A DNA stretch of 64,000 nucleotides from Octopus vulgaris (GCA_951406725.2 OX597816.1:13206001-13270000); one strand, 5' to 3'; positions 41,866 to 55,512 are shown, counted from the stretch's first letter. A program made the numbers and translations. The notes: generated from the letters alone by a model not told the origin.

Positions 41866-42253
41866 GTGGAGGCGAAATGGCCCAGCGGTTAGGGCAGCGG
41901 ACTCGCGGTCATAGGATCGCGGTTTCGATTCCCAGAGCGGGCGTTGTGAGTGTTTATTGAGCGAAAACACCTAAAAGCTCCACGAGGCTCCGGCAGGGAT
42001 GGTGGTGATCCCTGTTGTACTCTTTCACCACACCTTTCTCTCACTCTTACTTCCTGTATCTGTTGTACCTGTATTTCAAGGGGCCGGCCTTGTCACTCTC
42101 TGTGTCACGCTGAATATCCCCGAGAACTACGTTAAGGGTACACGTGTCTGTGGAGTGCTCAGCCACTTACACGTTAATTTCACGAGCAGGCTGTTCCGTT
42201 GATTCGGATCAACCGGAACCCTCATCGTCGTAACCGACGGAGTGCTTCCATCC
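41866..42253 (+). mobile_element. SINE family B
   Basis: Full length; 15-bp TSD atcattataaatatt at 41851-41865 and 42254-42268. Confidence 0.94.
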
Positions 42254-42374
42254 ATCATTATAAATATTATCATCACTCATCAACCAGAACAGTCTTCATA
42301 TTCGTAGCAACATTCATTAGTCACTTTTTAACAACACTTACACCTCGAAGAATAATATTTGAAACTGTAGTTCC

Positions 42375-42702
42375 CGGCCATGCTCCGGCATGGCCTTGAA
42401 GACACTTTTAGTCGAAGGACTAATATTTTTAAAGCTTATTCTATCGGATTCTTTTGCCGAACTATCAAGTTACGGGAACATAAACATGCTAACACCGGTT
42501 GTCAAGTGGAGGGCAAACAGAAACTCGAAGGTACATACACACATGCATGCACACGACGGATTTATTTCAGTTTCCGTCTACCAAATCCATTCACAAGTCC
42601 GAGGATATAGTAGAAGACACATACCTGAGTGTACCACGCGGTGGGACTGAACCCAGAACCATGTGGTTGGAAATTAAACTTCTTACCACACAGCCACGCC
42701 TG
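42375..42702 (-). mobile_element. old SINE C copy
   Basis: Diverged reverse-complement match. Similar old copies at ~38900-39095 and ~43640-43860. Confidence 0.75.
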
Positions 42703-44693
42703 TAACCGGTAATGTTTTTTTACCAAATATAATGTAGTTATAGATATTATGTATCAAAAACAAAAAGAATCGATGTTGTTAAAAACCATCGTCTGTCATC
42801 GATTATTGAATATTATTCATATCGCTGTATCGAAGAAACAGTTAGAATATTTATGGAGTAATCCACTCGCAAAAAATGTTTAACACATTTTTACTTCATA
42901 AAGACATTAATATCTGTAAAGAGAATTTTCCCCAACATTATATTGATTATGTTTTCTTAAGCTTCTACTGAAATCCCATAATAAAACCTCAAACGAATGG
43001 ATTTTTGCATTAAACCTTTCATTGTGTTTCTTCTAAGCCCACCCTCGCATTATATTATGTTTATGTTTTTTACTATCATAAACAGTCAATAATAGATATT
43101 TCTTCAGTTTGTCTTTGCACATAAACAGGAAATTTATAAATATAAATATGTATGTATGTGTATTATAATAAGTGATCGTTCGATGACCGGTTGCGTTATT
43201 CAGTACTTCACCGTAAACAAAATACACAGTAACAGCGCTGAGCAGTGATGTGTATTAAGTGAAGTATGTAGTAGTTGGTACTCCATGGTTTACAATTGTT
43301 TCATCAACGTGCAAGAGGAAAATGAAATATACTATGTGTAGACTTGCATGATAAGACTCATATTACATAATAAACCCCCAGAGTTATTTAACAAATAAAC
43401 GGCGAACATCAGCAACTGTTGTTTCATTAGATTGCAGCAAACTTCCTCAAATGATATTTTAAAAATTGCACATCGGTACGACCGTCGTGAAACTAAAGTG
43501 AATAGCTTAAGGCATTTTTCCATAATGAAATGGTAAATTTTATTGTACAAAAGAATAAAAGTCAATATAGCTTTTCTTTGTACATATTTGAAGTGGAAAT
43601 GAGTATAAAAATTACCCTACAGAAACTTTTTATTTTTGACTGATTTCAGTCATTAGACGGTGGTTATGATGGGGCACCGCCTTGAAAAATTTTAGTCGAA
43701 AAATCGAGCCCTGTACTCGTCTTTTCTAAACCTAGTGATTATTCTATCGTTCTCTTTTGACGAACTGTTAAGTTACTGGGTCATAAGCACACCAACACCA
43801 GTTGTCAAGTGGTGGGGAGGACAAACACTGACAAACACACATGCATGCACGCACAAGCACACATACACAGACATATATATATATATATATATATATAAAT
43901 TCATACAAATGACAAAGAGATTTCCTTTTCGGGCTCTCTGCCCGTTAACACACATAGTCATTTAAGAGCCAATAATAACCGTGGGAGATCGCATGTGGGT
44001 GGGGTGCAACTAAAAATGGCATTGGCGAAACGATGTTTTGTGAAAGAAAACCTTACTTGAGAAGAGGGAATATCATTTGTCTAGTAAGGACAGTACTTTA
44101 TCAGTATTAAAACGTAATATAAGAACTGACACCTTAGTGTTTATTGAGCTTTAAAGAAATACCTCAGCAGAGAAATACTTCTAATTATGTGTGTAGCAGT
44201 CAGCTACAATAACTCCTCACACATGACAACATTCACAATCAATAGTGATTCTGTGGCAAGGTAATCAGCAGCAGTTTTATATATATATATATGATTTTTT
44301 CCTTGTGTAGCTTGTCCTGTACTTGTTTTCTTGTAAAAAAAATTTTTGGATTTTTCCTTGTGTAGCCTGTCCTGTACTTGTCGTTAATTTTTTTCCCCCG
44401 TTTCTACGTCTTGTTATGGCGTCCTGTACTTACGTATATTTATTTATATATGCATGTATATATACATGTAGATGTAGGTACGTACATATATGTTTGTATG
44501 TATGCATATATTTTTAATTATCACATTATTGTCTGACAGCGCCCCGCGTCAGGTTCGTTTCGATTTGTCGCTTCGTTCCACTTCTTGTCTCCATTCAATT
44601 TATATATATATATATATATATATAATATTAGGGAATAAATCCAAATTTACAGGGAAAAATCAGATTTATGATTGAATCCAATTTTATAGTAAA

Positions 44694-45081
44694 ATATAAT
44701 ATTAATTAGAGACAAAACCACTATTATGCAAATCAAACAAAGAAAGACCTAATCCAATACATAAAAATTTTATATAAATTAAATATAATTAAGATTAATT
44801 AAAATATCCTCTACCATCGTTTCTTGTCACTTCAATGGACATTCATCAGGTGGTTTTCAAGACCTTCTATGCAATTTTGAACTATGAAGTTCATAGTTCA
44901 AAATTGCATAGAAGGTCTTGAAAACCACCTGATGAATGTCCATTGAAGTGACAAGAAACGATCGTAGAGGATATTTTAATTAATCTTAATTATATTTAAT
45001 TTATATAAAATTTTTATGTATTGGATTAGGTCTTCTTTGTTTGATTTGCATAATAGTGGTTTTGTCTCTAATTAATATTAT

Positions 45082-45083
<2 letters not shown>
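44694..45083. repeat. near-perfect 390-bp palindrome between (TA)n tracts
   Basis: Centre at 44889 (gaactatgaa-g-ttcatagttc). Arms ~195 bp, with one mismatch and one 1-bp indel seen. Confidence 0.95.
44925..44970 (+). ncRNA. putative minimal type I hammerhead ribozyme
   Basis: ccac-CTGATGA-ATGTC..GACAA-GAAA-CGATCG-TA-gagg, with palindromic stem III ACGATCGT. Mirror copy on the minus strand in the left arm. Confidence 0.6.
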
Positions 45084-45140
<57 letters not shown>

Positions 45141-45911
45141 CTTCTATCTACACACACCCATTATGGATTACTTCAAAATATTTTACCATGGATTTATATT
45201 ATTTTTTCAAAAAACTTTTAGCTCAAGTTTATACCAATACACATCTATACTAATAACTTTTGAAACAACACCTTTATCATACATTTTTAAATAGCATCTC
45301 TCTCATTCGATTGATTACACGGAAATTCATCCTTTTCTCTGACGATTGGATGTATTACCTAATAATATCTATCAATTTTGGATTTCATTTCGAAAGGTAA
45401 TAGTTTCATGAAACCGTTTTAAATAATCATACTTTATATATTTATCTATTAATACAATATTATTTATATTACAGACGTATATCATCTGTGATTTTTTTGA
45501 TGTAATTTTTCCTGCTTCGACTTCCTAATGTATTATCGCTCTAACTGAATCTATAAATACCATTAAGGTTTTAGACATTTCTCCTATCAAGAGCACTTAT
45601 CTGAAATCCAGCACACTTTATTGTCATTGAATATATTTGATTATATATACGAGTATATACACACGCACTTGTATGTGTGTGTGTGTGAAACTCTATAATA
45701 TATGTATATATACTGATATCTCTGGGGTGAGTCATTCTCTTTTAGTGTGTTATAATCTAATACACTCTCCATAAAGTTTCTAATCATTTACTTACCGGTG
45801 AGTGTTTTAAATTATAAGGTACGAAAAGAGAATGAGTCTCCCCAGACACAACATAATATGCTTCAACACACGAAGTCACATAAAGAATTTTACAAACCAA
45901 ATCCCAAAACG

Positions 45912-45951
<40 letters not shown>

Positions 45952-45957
45952 TTGGTT

Positions 45958-46010
<53 letters not shown>

Positions 46011-46015
<5 letters not shown>

Positions 46016-46220
46016 AACCAAACATGAAAACACAAAGAGAAAACACAACAACGCGAGGACGTGGAACAAATATAGTATTATTGGGCGCTCAGGAAGGAAA
46101 GAAAGAAGGAGGGTTTAACGTTTCGAACGGAGCTCTTCGTCGGAAACATAGGAGAAGGAAAGATCCAAAGAAGGGAGGACGGAGGAAGAAAATCGCCAAT
46201 GGTACACACGAGGTCACATT

Positions 46221-46225
<5 letters not shown>
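46011..46225 (-). mobile_element. PLE-like fragment with degenerate hammerhead
   Basis: Between TA tracts; homolog at 63024-63128. Minus strand 46114-46146 reads ttt-CCGACGA-AGAGC-tcc-GTTC-GAAA-CG-TT-aaa. Confidence 0.6.
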
Positions 46226-46258
<33 letters not shown>

Positions 46259-46285
46259 TTCTATCTATATATGTATATACATACA

Positions 46286-46343
<58 letters not shown>

Positions 46344-46980
46344 CGTTTTTGAGATTTGGTTTGTAAGATTCTTTGCGTGACTTCGTGTGTTGAAGCATAT
46401 TATGTTGTGTCTGTGGAGAGTCATTCTCTTTTCGTGCTTTATAATTTAAAACACTCACCGGTAAGTAAATGATTGGAAACTTTATGGAGAGTGTATTAAA
46501 TTATAACACACTAAAAGAGAATGACTCACCCCAGAGATACCAGTATATATACATATATTATACAGTTTCACACACACACACATACATATGCGTGTGTATA
46601 TACTCGTATATATAATCAAATATATTCAATGACAATAAAGTGTGCTGGATTTCAGATAAGTGCTCTTGATAGGAGAAATGTCTAAAACCTTAATGGTATT
46701 TATAGATTCAGTTAGAGCGATAATACATTAGGAAGTCGAAGCAGGAAAAATTACATCAAAAAAATCACAGATGATATACGTCTGTAATATAAATAATATT
46801 GTATTAATAGATAAATATATAAAGTATGATTATTTAAAACGGTTTCATGAAACTATTACCTTTCGAAATGAAATCCAAAACTGATAGATATTATTAGGTT
46901 ATACATCCAATCGTCAGAGAAAAGGATGAATTTCCGTGTAGTCAATCGAATGAGAGAGATGGTATTTAAAAATGCATGAT

Positions 46981-47239
46981 CCAGGACCTGCATGGGGTGG
47001 ATGCGGATGTCTTTAAAGTAGGACTGGGTCTCTTCCTGTCAGGTGTCCCGGATGAACCAACTTCACGGCAGGAGGTGCAGATGAGGGCAGCTGCATCGAA
47101 CTCTCTCATGCACCAAATGGCAGTTGCTAAAAAGCATTCGTGAAGTAAAATCATGTAGCAACACCAAATGGCGGTGCCCCAGCATGGCCACAGCTCCTGA
47201 GCTGAAACTAGATAAAATAAAAAAAAAAGTAAAATAAAT
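46981..47239 (+). mobile_element. 5'-truncated CR1/L2-group LINE 3' end
   Basis: QDLHGVDADVFKVGLGLFLSGVPDEPTSRQEVQMRAAASNSLMHQ...* resembles the FK..LD.FL..VPDEP....RAA.SNSL ORF2 C-terminus. Followed by a 3' UTR and A-rich tail. Absent from the other arm of the inverted repeat. Confidence 0.8.
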
Positions 47240-47421
47240 AAAGGTGTTGTTTCAAAAGTTATTAGTATAGATGTGTATTGGTATAAACTTGAGCTAAAAT
47301 CTTTTTGAAAAAATAATATAAATCTATGGTAACATATTTTGTAGTAATCCATAATCGCTGTGTGTGTTTGGAAGTCCCCTAATTCCTTTTCTCTTCTTTA
47401 TGAATTCCATAAATGCAAAAA

Positions 47422-47560
47422 GAATGTTCTATTACCCACATGGGGTCAACATAGAGGGGACAATGCAAGGTGGGGGAAAAACACGAATGTAAGGGATGAA
47501 TAAAATAATGGATAAAAATGAAAAATGAAATGAAGCCATTCTGCTTCACCACCGAGCGAC
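47422..47560 (-). mobile_element. LINE-like 3' UTR fragment related to the SINE A tail
   Basis: Minus strand ...gccccctctatgttgaccccatgtgggtaatagaa, preceded by a T-rich UTR similar to 32740-32858. Confidence 0.5.
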
Positions 47561-47804
47561 TTCATTTAATCTGTTAGTACGACTTTAAACCACAGTTAAT
47601 CTTCATTCTTCTGAAGAATGTTGATATCATAATCATCACGAAGATCACAATATTCTATCCAATTTGGTAATTGGCTGCTATCAATTTTCTTCACCCAGTA
47701 TTATATAGGACACGGGTTAGTTTTTTTTTGTGAAATTTTATGGAAACAAAAGTGCGATTTATATGTCGCTAAATATGGTATTTGAAATCATGATGAAGAT
47801 ATTA

Positions 47805-48125
47805 CTAGCACTCCGTCGATTACGACGACGAGTGTTCCAGTTGATCCGATTGACGAAAGTTTGCTCGTGAAATTAACGTGCAAGTGCCTGGGCATTCCAA
47901 AGACACACCTATGCTTAAAATAGTTCTCAGAGAGTTTCAGCGTTACACACCGAATGCGGAAAGGTTGCTCCTTTGAATTAAAGATACGACTCATTTTTGC
48001 AAGCTGAGTTGACTGGATGAATGTGAAATAAAGTGTCTTGCTCAGTGACACCACACACCACCGGGCATCGAAACCACTACCTAACACTCATGAGCCGATC
48101 CCCCTAACCACATGGCCACACACCT
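47805..48125 (-). mobile_element. old SINE (D-like body, B tail)
   Basis: gcactccgtcgattacgacgacg tail; gtgaaataaagtgtcttgctca body. Confidence 0.75.
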
Positions 48126-48539
48126 TTACATATCTTGGTCTATAAACATGAGAAGAGCTTTTCTGCTTAGAGGTTAAATACGATGCTAGGACAGAGAAAT
48201 TAAAAACAAACGCAACGATCAATATACAGATAGTTTATGGCCGATAGTATGAACTTGTTCAATGGATACAGAATTTAATTCATATGTGCGTGTATGTGTG
48301 TATGTATGCATGTATGTCTCTGCTTGTTTTTTGTATGTCATGATAAATATGAAAATAATTTAACAGTAAAGGTAAGGACTACTCAGTACTTTGGGGTAGA
48401 TTTTATATTATTTTTACATGGAAAACCTTTGAAATGACACTCGATATTTTGTTTGTAAAACTTGATACAGGCACCCAATTATATTAGACTCAACTCCCCT
48501 CATCTCTTCATCTATCACCTACCTCCTCTCTTCAATCCT

Positions 48540-49055
48540 GCTTCAATGATACCACCTCCTTCACACGCACCAACACACCCATACCACACCCCATACCACT
48601 ACACTACGCCCCACACCACTGCACTACGCCCCACACCACTGCACTACGCCCCACACCCCACCCTCACTCCAGACACACTAGCACTGACCACTTCTCAGCA
48701 CCCACACCACAAACCATCATACACACACCCACACACAATCTTCAATAATGTCACAGGTTACGGACGCACACACTTACGCACACACACTCACACAAGTCAG
48801 AATCACTAGCCCATATTCACACACACACACATTCACACACCACACAACTCTCACATACACACAATCATTCGTCATGCTTGACCGCTACATCTATAAGTTT
48901 TTTTTTTACTCTCTCTGTGCTTATTTTCTTTTATTTATTTCAGTTGAAGAGCGTCGGCTCGAAACATAAAAGACTTTATCATTTTCCCGAGGGTCAAACT
49001 AATAGACCTTCATATACCTGTCGCATCTTTTGTTTTTCTATAAATTTCAACTGCA
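48540..49055 (+). repeat. CA-rich low-complexity tract with a 20-bp minisatellite, followed by a PLE-like end
   Basis: cactacgccccacaccactg x~2.5. Degenerate hammerhead-like gttga-agagc-gtcg-gctc-gaaac at 48938-48972, related to 39619-39766 and 46011-46225. Confidence 0.55.
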
Positions 49056-49061
49056 TATATG

Positions 49062-49097
<36 letters not shown>

Positions 49098-49107
49098 TTT
49101 TTACACC

Positions 49108-49485
49108 ATTACTTGTTTCAGTCATTTGACTGCGGCCATGCTGTAGCACCGCCTTTAGTCTAGCAAATCGACCCCGGGACTTATTCTTTGTAAGCCCAGT
49201 ACTTATCCTATCGGTCTCTTTTGCCGAACCGCTAAGTGACGGTGACGTAAACACACCAGCATCGGTTGTCAAGCAATGCTAGGGGGACAAAGACAGACAC
49301 ACAGACACACACATACATATAAATATATATATACATATATACGACGGGCTTCTTTCAGTTTCCGTCTACCAAATCCACTCACAAGGCATTGGCCGGCCCG
49401 GGGCTATAGCAGAAGACACTTGCCCAAGATGCCACGCAGTGGGACTGAACCCGGAACCATGTGGTTGGTTAGCAAGCTACTTACT
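49108..49485 (-). mobile_element. SINE family C
   Basis: Reverse-complement match to family C. Confidence 0.9.
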
Positions 49486-49933
49486 ATACATCCATATATA
49501 TAACGCCTTGCTTTGTCTTCATTAGTTGGTCCGCACATGCATATCTAGAAAGCTCCAGCACAACTTTCATTCGTCCGGAAAAAAGAAGGGTGATGTGGAT
49601 ATACTTTAGCATCAGTATCTTCGATGACGTTACTCTCAGAGCTGGAAATACTATAAAAAGGTATCTCGTCCGACATTCAAACAATTTTGTGATGTTGCTG
49701 CCCAAATTTGGAACATTCTTATACCTTTCTCAATTCCCAAATTACTAAACAAATTATATGTCGGTAGAACTTGAACTCAGAGTGAATTGGGCCGAATTAT
49801 ATTCTCCTATGCTTTAACGATTCTAGAAATCACACGTACTTTATACACACAAGTAAGCATATATATGTATATATCTACATACTATAAATGTAAGCACAAG
49901 CATATATATATATGCTTGTGCTTACATATATAG

Positions 49934-49996
<63 letters not shown>

Positions 49997-50488
49997 AGAC
50001 TCACATGTACATATGTACATATACTTGTGCATGATTGAGTAGGCTGTAGACATATGCACGTGTATACATATTGTATATAGCTAAACCTTCATATGCATAT
50101 ATAAGCCAACTGTACAGATAACAGAATTGCATTAACGGTTTTGTAAATTTAGCCTCCCCGTAGAGATTTCTGGAAAGTTTAGCATCCAGTAAAATTCATA
50201 AATATATTCCTATTAGAGAAAAGGACAACATTAGAATTACATATTATCATCTATTATTGGATTATAAATTTATGTTCGAACCATTTGACAACTTCTGCTG
50301 ATAATAGCTTAATTTATATCGGCAAATTCACGCTGCGAATTTACTTTTTCGGCAAAAACTAACCTTTTAGATTCTTTACGTTTTATTTTCCCTTCATGAT
50401 GTATTTTTGTATTTATTTATTTGTGCTGTAGCAAAAGTTATTACTTATAAATTGTCAGCTAAAACCGTTGTGCTATATATATACATAT

Positions 50489-50549
<61 letters not shown>

Positions 50550-50850
50550 CTCTGATGGGAGTAGCAATCGTAGAAATGATATATGATATTCCTCTAAAGT
50601 AAAATTTATGAAAATATTCAATAAGAATAATGGCTTCACCTAATTACGAATCATGTGATACGTCGTTTTATAACTCAAACAGAAAATGTATTCACTTGCA
50701 CTAAGTCGAGTATTGATCTTAATGTGGTAGAGGTAAATGTTCGTTTCTACGCAGTATCGAGGACATTCTCTTTTATGTATGTGTGTGTGCCCGTGTGTTT
50801 GTATTAAAACGAATAAAAACGATTACAGTGAACTTGTGAGTATGTATGTA

Positions 50851-50897
<47 letters not shown>

Positions 50898-50899
<2 letters not shown>

Positions 50900-51150
50900 G
50901 CGTAGGAGTGGCTGTGTGGTAAGTACCTTGATTACCAACCACATGGTTCCGGGTTCAGTCCCACTGCGTGGCACCTTGCGCTAGTGTCTTCTACTATAGC
51001 CTAGAACCGACCAAAACCTTGTGTGTGAGACCGACAGAATAAGTACTAGGCTTACAAAGAGTAAGTTATGGGGTCGATTTTCTCGACTAAAGGCGGTGCT
51101 CCATCAAGGCCAGAGTCACATGACTGAAACAAGTAAAAGATTAAAAGATT
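50898..51150 (+). mobile_element. SINE family C, internally deleted
   Basis: aggcgtaggagtggctgtgtggtaag head; gactgaaacaagtaaaag tail. Confidence 0.88.
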
Positions 51151-51419
51151 ATATATATATATGAATGCGAAAAAAAAAAAGGAAATGGAGAAATTGACAT
51201 GCAGACATCAGATTATTTAAGGATATTCAAATCCATATAATGAAATGCCAGTTCTACAGCCGTTTCCATGTCCAACTAGTTCAATAACAATTGAATTAAA
51301 TTAATTTAATTTCTGTAATTTTTAAATACCTGTATTTATCAATACTAAACAAATATATTTACTTTTCAATGGCACAAAGCGTAGGATTATAGTATTAAAG
51401 GATTATAAGTCCTTCATAC

Positions 51420-51477
<58 letters not shown>

Positions 51478-51523
51478 CTTCTTTGTATGTATATATATAT
51501 ATACGTATATACGTATGTATGTG

Positions 51524-51564
<41 letters not shown>

Positions 51565-52094
51565 ATATACGCATGCATTTATACCTATGTAAGTATATAA
51601 ACATGTATGTATGTATAGATGCATGGATGGATGGATATATTATATAAATTCATACATAAAAACGGACATAATACATCCATCCATACATACATACATACAT
51701 ACATACGCACATGCATGCATACATACATACATACATATATATCTTTAGCCAAGTACCCCAAAGATCCGATTTTTATACAGATTACAGAAGTGGTGTGCAC
51801 GTGCGACAAAAGAAAGGAGAGAAACAACAGTACACCAACATTCACCGGATTAAAATAAGGACGAGGATAAAATAAGAATGAACTCAAAATGTTGGTACGA
51901 AACCAATATATAATGTTGGTACCAAAACAATACATAATGCTTCTACAGTAAAGAATGCGCAGAGATAAATATAAAGCATGCTTTCGCATCAATATCCTTT
52001 CCAAATCTAAGCAGTCATGTCTGATAATGTTGTTTGATTTAGGATAGAAAAATTAAGTGTACCTACTGGGGTTTTTATTTACAATATTTTTATT

Positions 52095-52230
52095 ATTTAG
52101 ATTTGACGGATATTTGTCTTCGTCTTGTTTGTTGTTAACACAACGTTTTGATTGATATACCCTCCAGCCTTCATCAGGTGTCTTGGGGAAATTTCGAACC
52201 TGGGTTCTCATTCCTAAGGTATTTTTCGAT
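52095..52230 (-). mobile_element. PLE-like fragment with hammerhead motif
   Basis: Minus strand 52138-52181 reads acac-CTGATGA-AGGCTG..caatc-AAAA-CG-TT-gtgt. An intact GCC-GAAA-CGTT-gtgt half occurs in the 21878-21912 copy. Confidence 0.65.
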
Positions 52231-52239
52231 GTTGTTGTT

Positions 52240-52380
52240 GTTGCTCCAGTCCAGTCAGCTGGCAAAAATGAGTAACGCTGTGATGGACTGGCGTCCCGTC
52301 CAGCTGGGGAACACATACGCCATTGAAACCGGGAAACCGGGCCCATGAGCCTGGCTAGGCTTTAAAAGGGCGCATTTATT
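52240..52380 (+). mobile_element. SINE D 3' half
   Basis: Matches 41250-41385. Confidence 0.85.
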
Positions 52381-53034
52381 TTTTCTTTTAATTTTCTTTA
52401 ATTCAAAAACTCTTCATCATTCTTGTTAACTAAGCTCTAACAATAGAGCTTTGCTTCTGAGTTAGAAAGCAGCTTCTTCTATACAAGAATGATTCAATTA
52501 ATTATAAAATGAAGATAACATACTTATCGGCTTAAAACGACTACTGTATTTATTGCACATCTTATGTAGATGTAAGAATGACCACAGAAGTATATACCAA
52601 TACATACAAACTGAAAATTTATTCTACTTTCAACTCTAACCATAAATATTTCAAATTTTCTAAGACAAACAAATATATACATATTTTGATATCTTGACGA
52701 TTATTGACTCGTGACAGTTAAGCTCATGGGATGTAAAGAAGCAAATTTCAGGATAAATATTTTTCAGCTGATTAATTCATATTGAAATTAATATATTTGT
52801 TCAAGAAATCTATATAATGAATGGTTTTGAAATCTTTGTTATCAAAAGAATAAAGAAAATGTTATGAAGAATAAACTGACTTACAAAACACAGACAGGCG
52901 ACTTATGTTCGATATATTTACGACGACATTGCAAATGATATTGGTATAGGCAAGTATATATACATATAGACTACACACCCATTCGTAAAACATACAAACA
53001 TACACAAATACAATCCGATAATGAAATTTTGATT

Positions 53035-54060
53035 TCAAATTTTGATACAAGGCCAGCTATTTCGGGGGTAATCGACCCTAGGTCTCAGCTGCTAATTATA
53101 TTATTGACTGCAGAAGGATAAAAGTTATAGTGGACATGAGTGGAATTTGAACTCAGAACGGAAAGAAGGAAGAAATGTTGCTAAGTATTTCACCGGAGTG
53201 CGAACAATTTTTTTCTACTCTAGGCTCAAGGGCCGAAATATTTATGGAGGCGGCTAGTCGATTAATTCAACCTCAATATGCAATTGGTACTTAATTTATC
53301 GACTCCCAAAGGATGAAAGACAAAGTCTACGTCGGCGGAATTTGATCTCGGAATGTAAAGACAGACGAAATACTGCTAAGCATTTCGCCCAGCGTGCTAA
53401 CGTTTCTTATTTCTTTATTGCCCACAAGGGCTAAACATAGAGGGGAGAGACAGGGACAGACAAAGGGATTAAGTCGATTACATCGACCCAAGTGCGTAAC
53501 TAATACTTAATTTATCGACCCCAACAAGGATGAAAGGCAAAGTTGACCTCCGGCGGAATTTGATCTCAGAACGTAAAAACAGACGAAATACCTATTTCTT
53601 TACTACCCACAAGGGGCTAAACACAGAGGGGACAAACAAGGACAGACAAACGGATTAAGTCGATTACATCGACCCCAGTGCGAAACTGGTACTTAATTTA
53701 TCGACCCCGAAAGTATGAAAGGCAAAGTCGACCTCGGCGGAATTTGACCTCAGAACGTAACGGCAGACGAAATACCGCTAAGCATTTCGCCCGGCTTGCT
53801 AACGTTTCTTGCCAGATCGCCGCATTCTTGCTAGCTTTGATAATGAAATATCAATGATAATTATTGTTTTAAATGTTGGCACAACGCTAGGAATGGGAGA
53901 AGCTGATTACATCGACCACAGTATTTAACTGAGGCTTTAATTTATCCGCCATGACAGACTGATAATCATAGTTGATATCAGCGGAATTTGAACTCTGAAA
54001 GAAAAAAGTGGAAATAAATACTGCTAAACATTTAATCCATCACGTAACATTTCTGTCAGT
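53035..54060 (-). mobile_element. co-oriented cluster of ~5 SINE A units of different ages
   Basis: Repeated rc body motifs; young dimer at ~53409-53825. Confidence 0.85.
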
Positions 54061-54136
54061 TTGTTGTAGCAATAATTCTCTCTACTATATACACACACCA
54101 CACTAAGGTTGAAATTCTGGGAATAAGTAAACACAC

Positions 54137-54206
<70 letters not shown>

Positions 54207-54218
54207 GTATTCCCACGC

Positions 54219-54308
<90 letters not shown>

Positions 54309-54801
54309 GAAGAAGTGTATACGCAGGGGAGAATTTGTTTTGAGGTTTTAAAATGCACCTGAATCTAAAAACGTTTACTGGTCTTTAAATTTTGCATTTG
54401 ATTTATTCACACTCCAAACTAGTTTTGACAATTTTCTTTGCTTATAAATGGTACAAATATATAAAACAAGGGTTTACGAGAGTTTAAAATTTACAAGGTA
54501 AAAATTAGACAAACATGTTGAAACTATCAAATGTTGAGAGAAATTTCAATGAGTTACACCGGGGAACGATAGTAATATCAATATAGATGTTCTTCAGTGA
54601 AGATCATAACAAATGTACATTATTGAAAATTCAGTCATATTGAGTTTTTACTATTAGAGAAAAAGGTGGAGAGAAAGAAAAAAGTTAACAATTTCTGTCG
54701 TGGTGCGTGCATTTTTTTTTCAATTTCAATCTCAGTGCATCGGTTTCTTCACCTTCCCCGACATTTTCAAACTCGAAAAGAAATTCTCCAATATATATGT
54801 A

Positions 54802-55194
54802 CTAGCAGTATCGCCCGGCGTTGCTCGGGTTTGTAAGGGAAATAACTATAAAGCATTTTTAGAGAGTTATAGCCAACAAATAGCAAAAAATGCATTAAAA
54901 ATGGAAAAAAAATTATGGTAAATTTTTTTTAAATCGTTGACTCATCGTAGACATTTTTAGAGAGTTACTTCCCTTATATTTAAAAAAATATGCATTAAAA
55001 TGGAAAAAAATGATGGTAAATTATTTTTTAAATCGTAGACTCATCGTAGACGCGCGCTAATACCCAGAAGGGCTCGATATGAACCACGACTATAAGATAC
55101 TCGGTTTTGGTTAAACTGCACCGCAAAATGTGGGAGTAGTTAGGAATCTAAATCGGAGTAGACAGACACACAACCTTACTTTTATGTATAAAGA
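54802..55194 (-). mobile_element. non-autonomous Helitron
   Basis: Minus strand begins A|TC and ends ...cccgagcaacgccgggcgatactgCTAG|T with a subterminal hairpin. No TSD. Internal ~105-bp tandem duplication. Confidence 0.8.
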
Positions 55195-55204
55195 TATATA
55201 TATA

Positions 55205-55430
55205 CAGACCGGGCGTTGTGAGTGTTTATTGAGCGAAAACACCTAAAGGCTCCACGAGGCTCCGGCAGGGGTTGGTGATCCCTGCTGTACTCTTTCACCA
55301 CTCTTTCTCTCACTCTTTCTTCTGTTGGCCTGCTCGCTTAGCCAGCGGGGTGGCGTCATTCGAAAGCTAAAACAATGCGAACGCATTGTGACCAGCGATG
55401 TGTAACCATATCTGATGGACTGGTCGGAAA
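55205..55430 (+). mobile_element. SINE B body with an alternative tail
   Basis: cagaccgggcgttgtgagtg...ctctttctctcactc, then an unrelated tail ending before (CATA)n. Confidence 0.75.
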
Positions 55431-55481
55431 AAATACATACATACATACGTACGTACATATATACATACATACATACATACA

Positions 55482-55512
<31 letters not shown>

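Larger units (their letters stand above)
45138..47377. repeat. ~780-bp inverted duplication around a TA-rich spacer
   Basis: Left arm 45138-45914. Right arm 46341-46980 plus 47240-47377, interrupted by a LINE piece. Confidence 0.93.

Noticed and set aside
44293-44381. Short ~33-bp direct repeat
   Set aside because: Ordinary local duplication; no further structure.
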